A stretch of 43,680 bases of DNA, taken from positions 1 to 43,680 of the forward strand of contig NKIB01014420.1 of the NCBI GenBank assembly GCA_002256025.1. Direction: 5' to 3'. The position numbers were made by a program, and so were the translations under genes. Of the stretch, positions 11,283 through 23,254 are shown one piece after another; positions within the stretch are counted from its first letter, which is position 1; the number at the start of each line of letters is the position of its first letter. A model generated the notes under the pieces. It was given only the letters and a program-made list of their open reading frames with translations. It was not told the DNA's origin and made no database searches. The stretch is from Asterionella formosa (Eukaryota).

Positions 11283-13006
11283 ATGCCTAAAATGAAAAGC
11301 TCGATTTCCTTGTCCTTCCTTCAGTTTTGCTTGGCGTCAATCCTTCTGAGTGGTGGCTACGCTCAGAACTCTCAATGCGTTACACCCACTGGAATAGGCG
11401 ACAGCAACGGTGTGACCTACAGCGGTTACAACCTTCCTGGAGCGCCTTTTGGCATTTTCGGTGTACGTAACAGCCTTAATGCCGACTTGTACGGTTGACG
11501 AGCCGAGTTGCGAGCTCTAACTTGTCTCCTGTCGCACCACTGCTTTAACAGACCACGATTCAAACCATGTTGGCGGTGAAGCCGGGCTTTGGAGTTTATG
11601 AAACCCCGATTTTGTTTCGACTCCTCCTTGCTTCGGTTTCGTCTGTTTATGGAACAGCAGCAGCCTTCCATCCCCAGGCTTTGGAAATGTTTGGTCGCAC
11701 AAGCGTCAGCACAGCGCGTCGTCGCTGCCAGCCATCCAACATCTTTAGTCAGTCTTTGTATAATCAACACAGAGCTCTCACACTTGCATATGCGACCCTC
11801 TGGGGATTTGGAGCATTCGTTCCTACTGTCCAAAGCGCGTTAACAGGGCTTGCTGCAACGTGGAATGTAGATCTTAACATTTGCGCCACTCGCAGCTGTG
11901 CCGACATTACTACTCCTTGGGGATTGGCGCGTTCGATTGTTGACGATGCCATCGACATCTTCGCCAAAGATGGTTGGAATGCCGACGGCAAGTTATCGGG
12001 CAAATACAATCTTGTTCCATACGAGGACTGGAGGCCTATTCCCTACGCACCCAGGTCTTGTTCCAATTTGAAATGCTGGGAGCCTTTGACTGAGCATGCA
12101 TACGGTTACCTCATTAAGCAGCAGCACGTTGTCCCTCACATTGGCGCTACTGCCAAGTCCTTCTTCCTCGGGGATGCCGACATTTGTAGTCGCAACTTGC
12201 CATCGCCAACTTTCAATTATGTAACTGCATCTCAACTAAGTTTGGCACGCATGGCAAACTTAACGGATGCCACCAAAGCAGAAGTTGAGTATTTCGACCC
12301 AAAGCTGACCTCTCTTGGTCTTCTTGAGGTTCAGTATTTTCTTAGAAGAGGTTTCAATCTGGATAGCTTTGAGTTCATCCAACTGGATGCTGCCATTTTC
12401 GGCGCAGTTTACGAAAGCGTCATCGTGGCATGGAAAGAAAAAGTATACCACGATCGCGTCCGTCCAACCACGTACGTCAACAACAAATTTGGGAGTCAAA
12501 ATGTTTTCTCATATTTGGGCAACAATGAAATGATTGCAGGATTGATTCCTGCGAATGCTTGGAAAGCATACCCTCGTGTAATGCCCCACTCCGAGTTCCC
12601 TTCTGGAAGCGCCTGCGTTTGCACTGCATTCGCGAAGGGGATGATTGAATTAACTGGATCTGATAGTGTTTTGACTGCATTAGGTGGACCTTTAAGTGTA
12701 ACTATCAATCGAGGAGCTTCTATCTACGAAAAAGGAAAACCCGCAGCAGATGTTAGCTTCACCTGGAATACATGGAGCCAAGTTGCCGATCGCTGTGGAA
12801 TTTCTCGTCTCAATGGTGGTTTGCACTATGATGCGTCAGTGACAGGTGGGGCGCAGCTTTGTTCGACAATCGGTACAAAGGTCGGTGTATATTTCAAGGC
12901 TTTGCAGGCAGGACAAGTACCTGCATTTGTTGCCGATGTTAAGAACTCCACTGTTAAGAGCATCAGGTGTACCCCACGAACATGGGGACAAGATGATGAT
13001 CGGTAA
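11283..13006 (+). CDS. Secreted vanadium-dependent haloperoxidase (PAP2 superfamily, bacterial VCPO type), ~544 aa; intron 11463-11551
   Basis: Signal peptide MKSSISLSFLQFCLASILLSGGYA. An 89-bp phase-0 GT..CTAAC..AG intron joins the two ORFs. Vanadate-site motifs KVYHDRVRP (12440-12466), HSEFPSGS (12587-12610) and SRLNGGLH (12803-12826). Confidence 0.88.
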
Positions 13007-13931
13007 GAGATGTCAACAAAGGTGCCTTGAAGGAAAAATGGAATCCAAATTGTCGTCTCTATTCATAAACTTAGCTTGTAAATACATTTTAAAATCCAAA
13101 TCATTACATTCTAATTACAATTCCCACGAGATGAAGAATAAAATTGAGCTATCAAATGGTGTACTCCCAGATATCCTCACATGGTACCAGAGGAAGGTCT
13201 GTGAAAAGATGGCTTGTGCTCTGGGAAATTGGTAATATAAATACCTCAATTACCCAACCTTCTAGAGGTACCTATTATTTTGCTTCATATACTAAAGGGA
13301 TAGGCTTCAAGTTATATTCAATTCTCAGCAGTTATGCAACAACAAATTTGTTGTTAAACCTCTTGCTATGATACTAACAATCTACTCCTTTGTGTTTGTT
13401 TATTGACAAGTGCTTGAAGGCAATACATTCCTGAGGTGGTCTCATGCCTGCAAGTACAGATGTGTACAAGAAAGCATGTAGCCACCGAAAAGGGTATGGT
13501 TGAGGCAATTCACAAACTAGGTACCTGGTACTGTTTTGTTTTTGCCATTCGCTTACCTACTGCCCACTCATTGAGCATGTATGTCAATTTTGGCTTGCTA
13601 TTGCTCAGTAAAAAAAAAATTGTATATTTCCTTTACATCGAAATTTGCAATTGATCCAATATTGCCCATCATCAAATCCGATGATGCCTATTATCAAATT
13701 ATTTTTTGCACATTTCATTTTGGCAATACATTTTACGCCAATTGCCCCTTGCTCGGTTTTCCAGCCCTTGGATTGCCGAAATCGGCTAGGGGTCTACTTA
13801 CAGAAACCATTTTATATACTCTACAGATTTGATTGTAATATATCTAGTATTCACCTCATTTTTGTTCGTCACCTCAAAAGTGACTGCAGCAATTCACCTT
13901 TCACCATGCCTGATCATTGTCCATCATGCCT

Positions 13932-14176
13932 AGTCTGAGGCGAAATGAGTTCATTGATGACACCTGTAGCAATTCATCGTCAAATGGATGTGGTTGGTTG
14001 TTGGATTGCTCGTCTTCTTATGGGTTTCATATAGTTGCATCTTGCATATTTTGCCCAGTCTGAAGCGAAATGAGTTCATTGATGACACCTGTAGCGATTC
14101 ATCATCAAATGGATGTGGTTGGTTGTTGGATTGCTTGTCTTCTTGTGGGTTTCATATAGTTGCATCTTGCATATTT
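13932..14176. repeat. Tandem duplication, ~125-bp unit x2
   Basis: agtctga.gcgaaatgagttcattgatgacacctgtagc... begins at 13932 and at 14057; the copies are near-identical. Confidence 0.92.
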
Positions 14177-15635
14177 CTTTGGATGAATGATGATTCCGAT
14201 ATATCTTATGTTGGTGGCAAGTTTTTGCATCTGTCATTTATGTGCTTAACAGATCATATTCTAGTCAAATAGCCTTCATATGTGCATGGTACCCTGGTAC
14301 TAAAAACAACCGTTCATGGTTTACTAAGCTAAACTTCGATGCATGCTTTGAACACATTCTAATCTTTATGCTGTAGACTCGGTATTATCTTTACAAGACT
14401 AGAATGTTAAATTATATCCTTCACATGTTCATTGATTTTACGTACGTCAGATTTCGTCCTCACAATTGATAGGTCCTCAATTTGGTCTCACAAGAGGGAC
14501 CTTTCGACTTTTGATTGAACTCATCGTCTCCTGCTTGTTATGATACTACTTAGAGCGGATCAGTAGTAGCATAACAGTGAAACACAGAATGTGGTATAGA
14601 TGATATTTGTCTGATTTTTGATTTTGATCACTTCCGTCGTTTTTCGACATTCTGTACTGTTGTGTTGGTTCGATTGTATCTATCTACACAAGGGCCAATG
14701 TATGTATTGATGCCTACTCTTTGAAGATGTATTGTTGTTGATTTGTATAGTCATTGACCATGATGTTAATATTGCCACCAAGTAATGCTTTTCTTGTACT
14801 AACTGTGTTTGATATCTTACTACACAAATTTCGTATCGTAAGCTACATTTCAATATCATCATTACTTGCTGATCATATCATAGTAGAGAGATTCGATAGA
14901 GGAGTATTCTGGCGATCACACATAGAATGGAATGATCAGGGTTGTTCGGGGTAGACTGCTACTACCTGTCTTCTACTATCAGGGAACAGCTGTTTACATG
15001 GTTCCTACAACCATATCAGCTTCACTATACTATAATAAAGATCTCAATTGGGTTCAGGCTTTCTATTTCTTTTCTATGGTATTTCGTCCTTCGCTTGTGT
15101 GATTGAATGTCAATGCTGTAAGTTCTATTACAATGCATAAGTCTTCATGGAAACTGATATATTTTACTCAATTTCTAACCCAAAATTTTTTATTTTTTTC
15201 TCACTTGACGCTACCTATTACATTGTATATTATTCTTTGGTTTCTCGATACACTAGTTAACGCTTGCTATATAGTAAGTTTAAGTTAATGTTATCAATTT
15301 ACATAGTTTGTGAATAGACCTATACAATGTACCATAGATAAAAGGATTTGAAATATATGCATGACCTGGATGGAGTTGAAATGGACTTGAAGGTGCACAG
15401 AATTGTAGCATCCAAGATTGATGACGATAAGACACATAATAAGAGAACTACTGGGCTGTTTTTTCCTGGAAATATTAACTGTGATACTGATCATTTTAAC
15501 TATGGATGTGGAAGATCCAGTAGGTCAACTTTTGCCACATGATGGAATCACTCCTCTCACCATGGAGGTCGATGTATATTTACAGCCGCACAATCAACTC
15601 ATACCACTCTTGCTACCAAATCACTATACTGTCTG

Positions 15636-15920
15636 AAATGACCTACAAGACATGAAAGAATCAACATAAACAACAAGAAAATCAAAGAGCTTGACGAAAA
15701 TGACTGGAATGCAACAACATGCATCATTCAATTGAAGAGCGCATTTGTCAATGTCCTGGCATAGGAAGCGGTTCTGCCTCGGCGCTTTGAGCTAGCTACA
15801 TAATAACTACAGAGTAGTATGCAATGAGCTACAAACACATGAAAGAATCAAAAACAAGAAAAAGAAACTCAAGGAGCTTGACGAAAATGGCTGGAATCAA
15901 ATAAGATGCATTATTCATTT
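15636..15920. repeat. Diverged direct repeat (~100-bp homology, ~185-bp spacing)
   Basis: catgaaagaatcaa...gagcttgacgaaaatg.ctggaat occurs twice. Confidence 0.8.
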
Positions 15921-16730
15921 CATTTTGATCCAAACAGATCCTAAAGCCGCACAATAATATCAGAGTCTACCATAAGTACCACAAAAGGCAAGGCAAACAC
16001 ATGGGAGGCCAAGAATTGTCTCATTAAAAGATCAAACCAAGTCATCTGCCTTCTCCTCGGTCATCAAGATGTGGGGACAGATTAAATCACCAGTACCAGA
16101 ATATGGCATACACACCACACATAATTCCCTCTACTCTCATTCGAGAGAGTGTATCCACCTTTTCCCCAACTTGCAGCGCCTAGTAAGAAAACATTTTTTC
16201 TTTCCTGCACTTTCTCACCAAAAGTTAACTTCTGTGGCTATATTAAGATTACCCATGTATTTATTTCTACTTCAAAACCAGCCAATGTTGAGCAATCATC
16301 GTCCAAAATCTCGAAAAAACAGCAATTTCAACGGTCTCCAAAACATCGGAATCAGAATCACCAAGCGCCGAAACGTCATCATCGGAATAGTAGTCTTGTG
16401 CTAAAAAAATTTTCTTAAAATTTTCTGTACAAAAATTGCATTCCTAGTGACCGCTGCATTATTTATGATATTCTGAGTGGTTACAAAGAACTACTTACCT
16501 CCGTTTGATTGGCTGGCATGGTTTGCGAGGTCTTACTAACCCATGCCAGCCACACTGGATACACATGTAACATTTTTGGAGTGTTCGCCGGTACCATATG
16601 TGTACCAGTAGAATGCACTTTGCCTTCAAAGAATGGGCATAGCACTCTGCGCAAATTTCCACTGATTTGAATATTTCAAACGGAATCATTGTTATTCATA
16701 CTTAGCAAATAAACGTTCCCAGTTCCAGGG

Positions 16731-16895
16731 AAATTGTCGTTATATAGTTAAAATTGAAGGCAATCATGTGATGCATCAAGAAACCAAGCGGGGCTGGTGT
16801 CAATTTTTAACACGAAATTGTCCATATATAGTTAAAGTTGAAGGCAACCATATTCTGCATCAAGAAACCAAGCGTGACAAATTGTATAATGCATC
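16731..16895. repeat. Diverged tandem repeat, ~84-bp period
   Basis: aaattgtc..tatatagttaaa.ttgaaggcaa.cat...tgcatcaagaaaccaagcg occurs twice, plus a partial third gcatcaagaaac. Confidence 0.8.
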
Positions 16896-18071
16896 AAGAA
16901 ACAAGTGTGTGAATAAATATAAAATTATGCACACATTTTTTTACACAAAGCGGTTGTGGCAGCGCACATGCAATCATGATCGCAGCCAGCCATGCATGCA
17001 GTTGTGAAGCAACGGCTAAACATAAGGCCCCTCAAGTTATCTTACTACTAACACTAGTACTTACACTACTAACCCACTTAATGTTCCTCTTGCATAAACA
17101 TTCTACGCAGAGCGAATTATCATATGACACAGCTAACCCTATTCATCCTTTCTGCCTTGTTGCATACATTTTTTCTACAAATCCATGGGTTAACCCTATG
17201 ACGATGTCTGGTTAGGGTACTGTGCCGAGGGCCATACCTGCCGACTTTTATGAATCTGCCCTGGAAATTTTAGTGGTCATGAACCCTCCTGTTGATCAGC
17301 TCATGGCCTATGTGCCTAACAAAAACTAGCCGAATGCTAAACAGATTGCACAAGTGCAACAATAGCAGTGCTATCATTATGCATACATGACAAAACTTTG
17401 AAAATGTCTCATGTCAGTCATCACCTGGATATCATTTGTTCTTTACAGGATAATTACAGTCTGGATACCGCCCTTTTTTCTGTAATGTGGGATAATCCAA
17501 TTACATACCGGTAGCAGGATTCATGAATCCCATGCATGATATCACTGAAATATATCTACTGCTGAACGAATTAATATTCGTCATATCAAACCTTTTCATA
17601 GGTGAAAGGTTTTCCTTGGTGTGGGAGAGTGAGCGATCTCGCTCAACTACAGATATACGTCTGCAAATAGAAAACATCTAATTCGTGTGATGCATCTTAT
17701 AATGGCGATCCTATGATCATATAAATTCGATTTATCATCTAATATGAATAATATTTATCGTCATACAGAATATTGTATGTATATATATATCGATACATGT
17801 ATTTTTGAATATATACCATCACTGGCTGCAATCATCAACAACCGCTCAATCTGAATTTGAATCATTCGTGTTGCATGAGTAGGACAGTCGTACATGTGTA
17901 TATGTACATATCTGCTGTAGCAATCTAAAGTTTAGAAGACATAATGATAGATATTCATATATGAATATGCATGTTCGAGTCTACTTGTGTGTGAGTAATG
18001 GTAACAGGTACTACTGTCTATTGTATCATCAATTGTACTACCTGGTACCTGGTACCCTGGTAGTACCAATA

Positions 18072-18345
18072 TGTTGCACAGATATTTTTGTATGTAAACG
18101 TATGTACACGATTGATTTGAATTTTAATCATGCCCATCATAGGGATACCTACCGGTATATATGTAGCACACATATTTTTGCATGTAAATGTACGTACCAT
18201 TATGCATACGATTGATTTGAATTCAAATCATGTCCATCATAGTGACACCTACCTATATGCCGGTATGTTGCACAGATATTTGTATGTAAACGTACTACGT
18301 GTACGATTGATTTGAATTTGAATCATGCCTATGATAGGGATAGGG
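18072..18345. repeat. Minisatellite, ~90-105-bp unit x3
   Basis: tgt.gcaca.atattt..tg.atgtaaa.gta...acgattgatttgaatt..aatcatg occurs three times. Confidence 0.85.
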
Positions 18346-18390
18346 TTAGGGAGTGACTTTGGTATACTACCGGTATCTAAAGTTGATTGA

Positions 18391-18645
18391 TGGACGCAAT
18401 ATCACGCTTTCGAACAACAATGTGGCATTGGTATCCTCTGTTGGTGATGAAGGGGACGCAATAACACTTTCTCGTACAAACAAGGTGACATTGGTATCTA
18501 TTGTCACCTCGTACTCAGGCTACAACACATTCTTGTACAGACAAGGTGACGACATTGGTATCGTCTATTGGTGATGGAGGGGACGCAATAACACGTTGTT
18601 ATTGTACAAACAAGGTGACATTGATATCTATTGTCACCTCGTACT
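18391..18645. repeat. Complex minisatellite with an internal inverted repeat
   Basis: ggacgcaata.cac, caaggtgacattg and ggtatc motifs recur. Hairpin aggtgaca-N11-tgtcacct at ~18483-18509 and ~18614-18640. Confidence 0.8.
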
Positions 18646-18648
18646 GGG

Positions 18649-18848
18649 GTTAAAAGTAAGATCAAACGAGCTAAAAGTTGTTATCTGTGATCTTATTTAT
18701 TGGCAATCATATCTAACCAGAAAGAATGATCTGTAATTTTTTAGTAGTAAGATATATTCATGTTAAAAGTAAGATCAAAAAAGCTAAAAATTGTCATCTG
18801 TGATCCTATTTATTGGCAATCATTTCGAACCAGGAGGTATGATCTGTG
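18649..18848. repeat. Tandem duplication, ~113-bp period x2
   Basis: gttaaaagtaagatcaaa..agctaaaa.ttgt.atctgtgatc.tatttattggcaatcat occurs twice. Confidence 0.85.
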
Positions 18849-19859
18849 AATCATAAAGATTGATTCGAGCAATTCATCTACTGGTAAATATTTTATGATT
18901 TGTACCATCTGAAAAATTTCGTATGACTCCCGCTAATTGAGGGGCTTAATTAAATTACTTACTTGTAGGTACAAGAGTTGATGCGGAAAAATTCAAAAAC
19001 AGTATGCACATCAGGTCGTGGAAAGCAATGATATCCTCATGCATTGCATATATTTGAATTATGCATAAGCTTAATTTAATTAATTAAAGTATAAACATTA
19101 TGTCTATATATTTATACGTTTTCAAATTTTTATAAATGTATACATAGCCTATACATTTGAAATCATGTTTAGAGGTTCAATGTTATGCATACCGGTACGA
19201 CATGATCCTAAAATGAAAGATAATCCCTCCCCTGTGACAAGGAAAACTGAAAGAACGACGCTTCAACGCACCCAATGATGGCAAACCTTGCGGCTTAGAA
19301 GGATTGAAAATGGACAAGAGTGAACTGAATCTAGCTATGGTATCTCAAGAGTACATGTCAAGGTGATCAATTGTTGGGTTCACAAAGACTAAATGATTGC
19401 CTCCTTCCCTAGCAATTCAAAAGCACATTTCGCATTCAGCAGGATACCACCAATGTCGACCAAAATCTTGTAATACTCTTGTTGGATCAATGAGCCACTG
19501 TTAGAACATCACTGACATATGTTTGTTTTTCAATCTTTCAGGATAATTTTAATCAAAGATTTTTGTTGTAAGTTATAAATGACATAGGTGGAACGGTTTA
19601 TTGATTTGTACTTATGTGATCATTGACTGACACATTATTTTACTGAATTATGCGAAAAGTTCATCGATTTCTGGTAAGTGGAGCATGCTAAGCAAAATGG
19701 GACTGCAGTGTTGAGACATAAATAAAACATGGCTAACGAGCAAGTAATTCCTTCTCTTTGTTATTATGATTAGGAAATCAAATAGATAAAACAGAATCGG
19801 ATCAAAAGGAAATGGGATTTGCAGCATGTAGTCAGATGAGTTTCAGAATCAGAGTGGAT

Positions 19860-19958
19860 GGGAGGCGGGAGGCGTGCATCAAAAGATTTGAAGGCAGGAG
19901 GCAATGCATCCTCAAGAGCATTGAAGGGAGGCAGGAGGCATGCATCAAGAGCATTGAG
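19860..19958. repeat. 33-bp tandem repeat x3
   Basis: ggagg...tgcatc..aagagcattga units; they translate as 11-aa repeats GRREACIKRFE/GRRQCILKSIE/GRQEACIKSIE. Confidence 0.7.
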
Positions 19959-20514
19959 ACAATAGAAAAGGGGAACATTGGCTGTTTAACCACACAACAA
20001 AATGTAGAAACATAAAAATGATTTCGTGTTATAACAGTAAAATTGCAATCCAATTCAACCTATTTTTAACAGCTATTTCGATTAGAGTTACCATCATATA
20101 AGGCAGGATAGGTATATGATAAAAAAATATATACATCATAGGATAATGTTTTGATAATTATATGGTGGTTTGATTATTATGAGTAAGCTTATTTTAGCCT
20201 GTTCACTTTCATAGTATGAATTTTTCATACATATAACGAAATATGCATCATGCACAGAAAAATTCTGTGCAAGTTATCGTATGATACCCCTGATCTTATA
20301 AGTATGATAATTTTTTAATTGCAGAAGTACCTATAAGGTTAGGTTTACATAGATATATCAGAACTCTATCAGGAGAGAACTTGACTAACACTTTCTTGAA
20401 TACGTTAGTGTCAGCCTAGGAGATCGAGTTGCACACAAGAATTAACAAATAAGCTCACATATTCAACAAATACTACTACTTCTAGTTAGATACTTCACCT
20501 GGGACTCCGTCCAA

Positions 20515-20685
20515 GGTATACCGGTATCTACCGGCATTGAGTACCTGGTACTGGTACCCGTATATACCTGCATGGAGTAACGATACGAGGTACCTGGTAC
20601 CAGGTACCACATTACTAGAACCATACGGTACCTGGTACCGGTAATCCGATGCATCATAGATATTACCTTGAGAATACCGGTACAT
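20515..20685. repeat. GGTACC(A/T) cluster upstream of the NDUFAF3-like gene
   Basis: gtacctggtactggtaccc, ggtacctggtaccaggtacc and ggtacctggtaccgg. Confidence 0.85.
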
Positions 20686-20809
20686 AGGTGAGCATTCCTT
20701 TGCATGCCAACGTGATGGCTAACCCTGTTACACACATACCAATAAACCATTCTTGAAAAAGCATCTGGAACGATTCACCCAAATAAAGTCGTCTCCGTTC
20801 GTTTCATCA

Positions 20810-21511
20810 ATGACGCAACGATGTTCTTGTGCGATGCTTCTGCGAAATTCCAGGCCAAGGAATGTTCTCACATGGTCCCATACTATCGGTTCAAGGCTTC
20901 CCAACTATTGCTCTACACGGCTAGCCAAAACTAGATATCAATCCTCTTGGGGCAAAGGAGAAGACTTCTTGGCTGGTTCTCTTGCAGCGGGTGTCAAGCC
21001 AAAAATTATTTTAGATTCCTACGGCCCTGCGGGCTTTGACGTGATTAATGTTATCAAGAAGGTGCAAGACGATGAAACATCCAAGAGTGGCACTTTGCTC
21101 ATGAATGGATCGATTCTCGCCTTTCCTCAGTCTTGCTTCTTGTGGAAGATCGAAGATATTTCAGAGGTGACAATTTTAGCCCTGGCACCTGTTATATTGC
21201 ATCGGCCAAAGGTGGAGTACCTTTTTCTTGGATCCGAAACTCCAATGCAGCTGGATGGATTGTTAATTATGAAGAAAAGGCTACGAGAATTTGGAATTAC
21301 CTTTGAGCAATTAGATTTGGTAAGTTGGATTAAATCTAGGTGTACTATGCTAGGTGTGAACAAGGACTCTGACACTTATTCTTTTTATTGTCAGGCAAAC
21401 ACAATGGGTACCTTTAATATTTTGAATGGCGAAGACCGCGTTGTTGCAGCAGCATTGATCGTGCCGAAGGAAGCTGTAGAATCGGCAGTGGAAAAGAAAC
21501 CCAAGGCTTGA
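20810..21511 (+). CDS. NDUFAF3: NDUFAF3/Mth938-like mitochondrial complex I assembly factor; intron 21320-21394
   Basis: Arg/Ser-rich mitochondrial-type leader; motifs IILDSYGPAGF, GSILAFP..CFLW, EYLFLGS and TFNILNGEDRVVAAAL. A 75-bp GTAAGT..CAG intron. Confidence 0.8.
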   Translation: MTQRCSCAMLLRNSRPRNVLTWSHTIGSRLPNYCSTRLAKTRYQSSWGKGEDFLAGSLAAGVKPKIILDSYGPAGFDVINVIKKVQDDETSKSGTLLMNGSILAFPQSCFLWKIEDISEVTILALAPVILHRPKVEYLFLGSETPMQLDGLLIMKKRLREFGITFEQLDLVSWIKSRCTMLGVNKDSDTYSFYCQANTMGTFNILNGEDRVVAAALIVPKEAVESAVEKKPKA

Positions 21512-22732
21512 TTCATTTCATTTTGCTGCCACCCTCATAAGTTATTAATTTCCTGTCACTCCGTCTTTTCCTATTTCTCCTTTTCCGTTAATTGGAAACC
21601 TACCAACCAAGACAAGCATGCATTAATCCGGCTGCTTCAACAAGTGCATGGCAAAACTATAAAAAATCAACTAGATTTTAAGTCTACGCAATATTTCATT
21701 TCATGTATTGCAAATAGATCACAGAAACCTAAACTGAATTGTAAGTACGGTACCAGGTACGGTAGAATCAGTGCTAATGTACCCATACATAAAACAGCCA
21801 TCATCCCACTTCTTTCGTAATCTGGCCCCTCTGCTCCGAAAGGTTTGCATCAACGAAGAATTGATGTATGTACCGGTATGCCATATCCAGAAGCGAAAGC
21901 TGCTCCTCCAAGTTAAAAATATTTGTGTTCAAATCTCATGTCCTAAATCAAGCTTACATTTCTGCAATATTTTGTCGTTCCTCACTGTATTTCTCGTTAC
22001 ATTGTGTCCATGCTATACATTATACATACCGGTACATTCATAAATGAGGATCCCCAAAGCAATTTTTCATTATCACATGCACACGTACAACAAAATTGCT
22101 TTTATTCCCAATATTCATATGTGTGTATATGTACCTACATACGGGACCTGGTTTACATACCGGTAGCCAAGACGATGAGCAGACCAGCCAACGCTGTCAA
22201 TTGACTGTTGTTGATGATTTGCTGGCTTCCTAACCTCAACATGGAGGCTGTTGATGGGAACGACGAAGTAGCGGGCTCGTCATAGATCCGGGTACGCGCG
22301 CACAAGATTTTAGCTACCGGTATGGCATAGTACCAGGTTACCTGGTACCGAAAACGACGTAGGGGGGGTAGAAAATAGAGTACAGGTCTAGAGTACCAGG
22401 TACTAAGTACGTACCAGGTACGGTATGTGACAATGAAATGGAGTCATAGCGGGACTTATCGGGACAAGGCCATGAATCGTCGCTCGGTGTTGAAACCATT
22501 TGTTCTTATCAAATTTTGCGTACGACGCTAAGAAGACGAATTCCTGCTCTATAAATAAATGCAGTCATGCTACAATACCATCAGGTCGTGTATATCTATT
22601 TCACACCCCGAACAAAGAGGGGTTCTCATACCGTAGCAGGATTCAACTGAGTAAGCAACCAAAACCAAAAGGACAAATCAATCCTTTTCCCTACCTATCT
22701 CTTGCTCTCCCTTTCTAGCCACCATTGTCGTC

Positions 22733-23254
22733 ATGAGTAACGCTGAGGGTCCCGAAACGCTCATGCAGCATGTGAGTCGAGCCTGTACAAATTGTTTAGC
22801 GTCCACTTTTGCGTGCTTCTCCACTACGAAAGAGAAGACAATTATTGCCAAGTTAGAGTACGACATATCTTCCCGCAAGAAGAAGTTTGGTGTGGACTAT
22901 ATGAATATCTTGGAGAGGGTTACTTTGGAAGACAAGTTAGAGGTGGAGCTCAAGGAGTGCTTGGACAAGGCGGTCGCAGACATTAACAAGCTCAAAGATG
23001 AAATCAAGTCCCACAACGATGAAGTGGCTGCTACCAAAGAAGAGCTAGCGAAGAAGATTCAACTTGGATCTCCAGCCAAGAAAAAAGAGGAGACAGCTGC
23101 CGCAGCGGCTGGACCTGTCGCCCCTACACCATCTGAAACACCACCAGAAGTTGCGCCCGCCACAGTTCCCATCCCAACGCCAGTTGAGGAACCAGCTCCT
23201 GTCCCCGCCCCAGTGCCAGATCCTGCACCCACCGCAGTCACTACGCCTGTTTAG
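22733..23254 (+). CDS. Hypothetical coiled-coil protein with Pro/Ala/Thr-rich tail (173 aa)
   Basis: Clean ATG-to-stop ORF with a heptad-like Lys/Glu-rich region and a low-complexity PAPVP tail. Confidence 0.75.
   Translation: MSNAEGPETLMQHVSRACTNCLASTFACFSTTKEKTIIAKLEYDISSRKKKFGVDYMNILERVTLEDKLEVELKECLDKAVADINKLKDEIKSHNDEVAATKEELAKKIQLGSPAKKKEETAAAAAGPVAPTPSETPPEVAPATVPIPTPVEEPAPVPAPVPDPAPTAVTTPV

Noticed and set aside
11496..11498. TGA between the two haloperoxidase ORFs as selenocysteine, readthrough or pseudogene lesion
   Set aside because: It lies inside a canonical 89-bp intron (11463-11551) whose removal joins the ORFs in frame.
3753..13006. Lipase plus haloperoxidase as a halogenated-lipid gene cluster
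   Set aside because: They are separated by an unrelated gene and a LINE relic, with no other biosynthetic genes; proximity alone is not evidence.
18335..18351. Interstitial telomere tagggatagggttaggg
   Set aside because: Too short and degenerate; it derives from the tagggata motif of the adjacent minisatellite.
18391..18645. CRISPR-like palindromic repeats
   Set aside because: Spacing is irregular and the intervening sequences are themselves repeated; this is a minisatellite.
20251..20271. Hairpin tgcacagaa-aaa-ttctgtgca as terminator or element end
   Set aside because: Isolated 9-bp stem with no supporting context.
13200..20400. Numerous 60-110-aa ORFs as genes
   Set aside because: No recognisable motifs, AT-rich composition, and many overlap tandem repeats.
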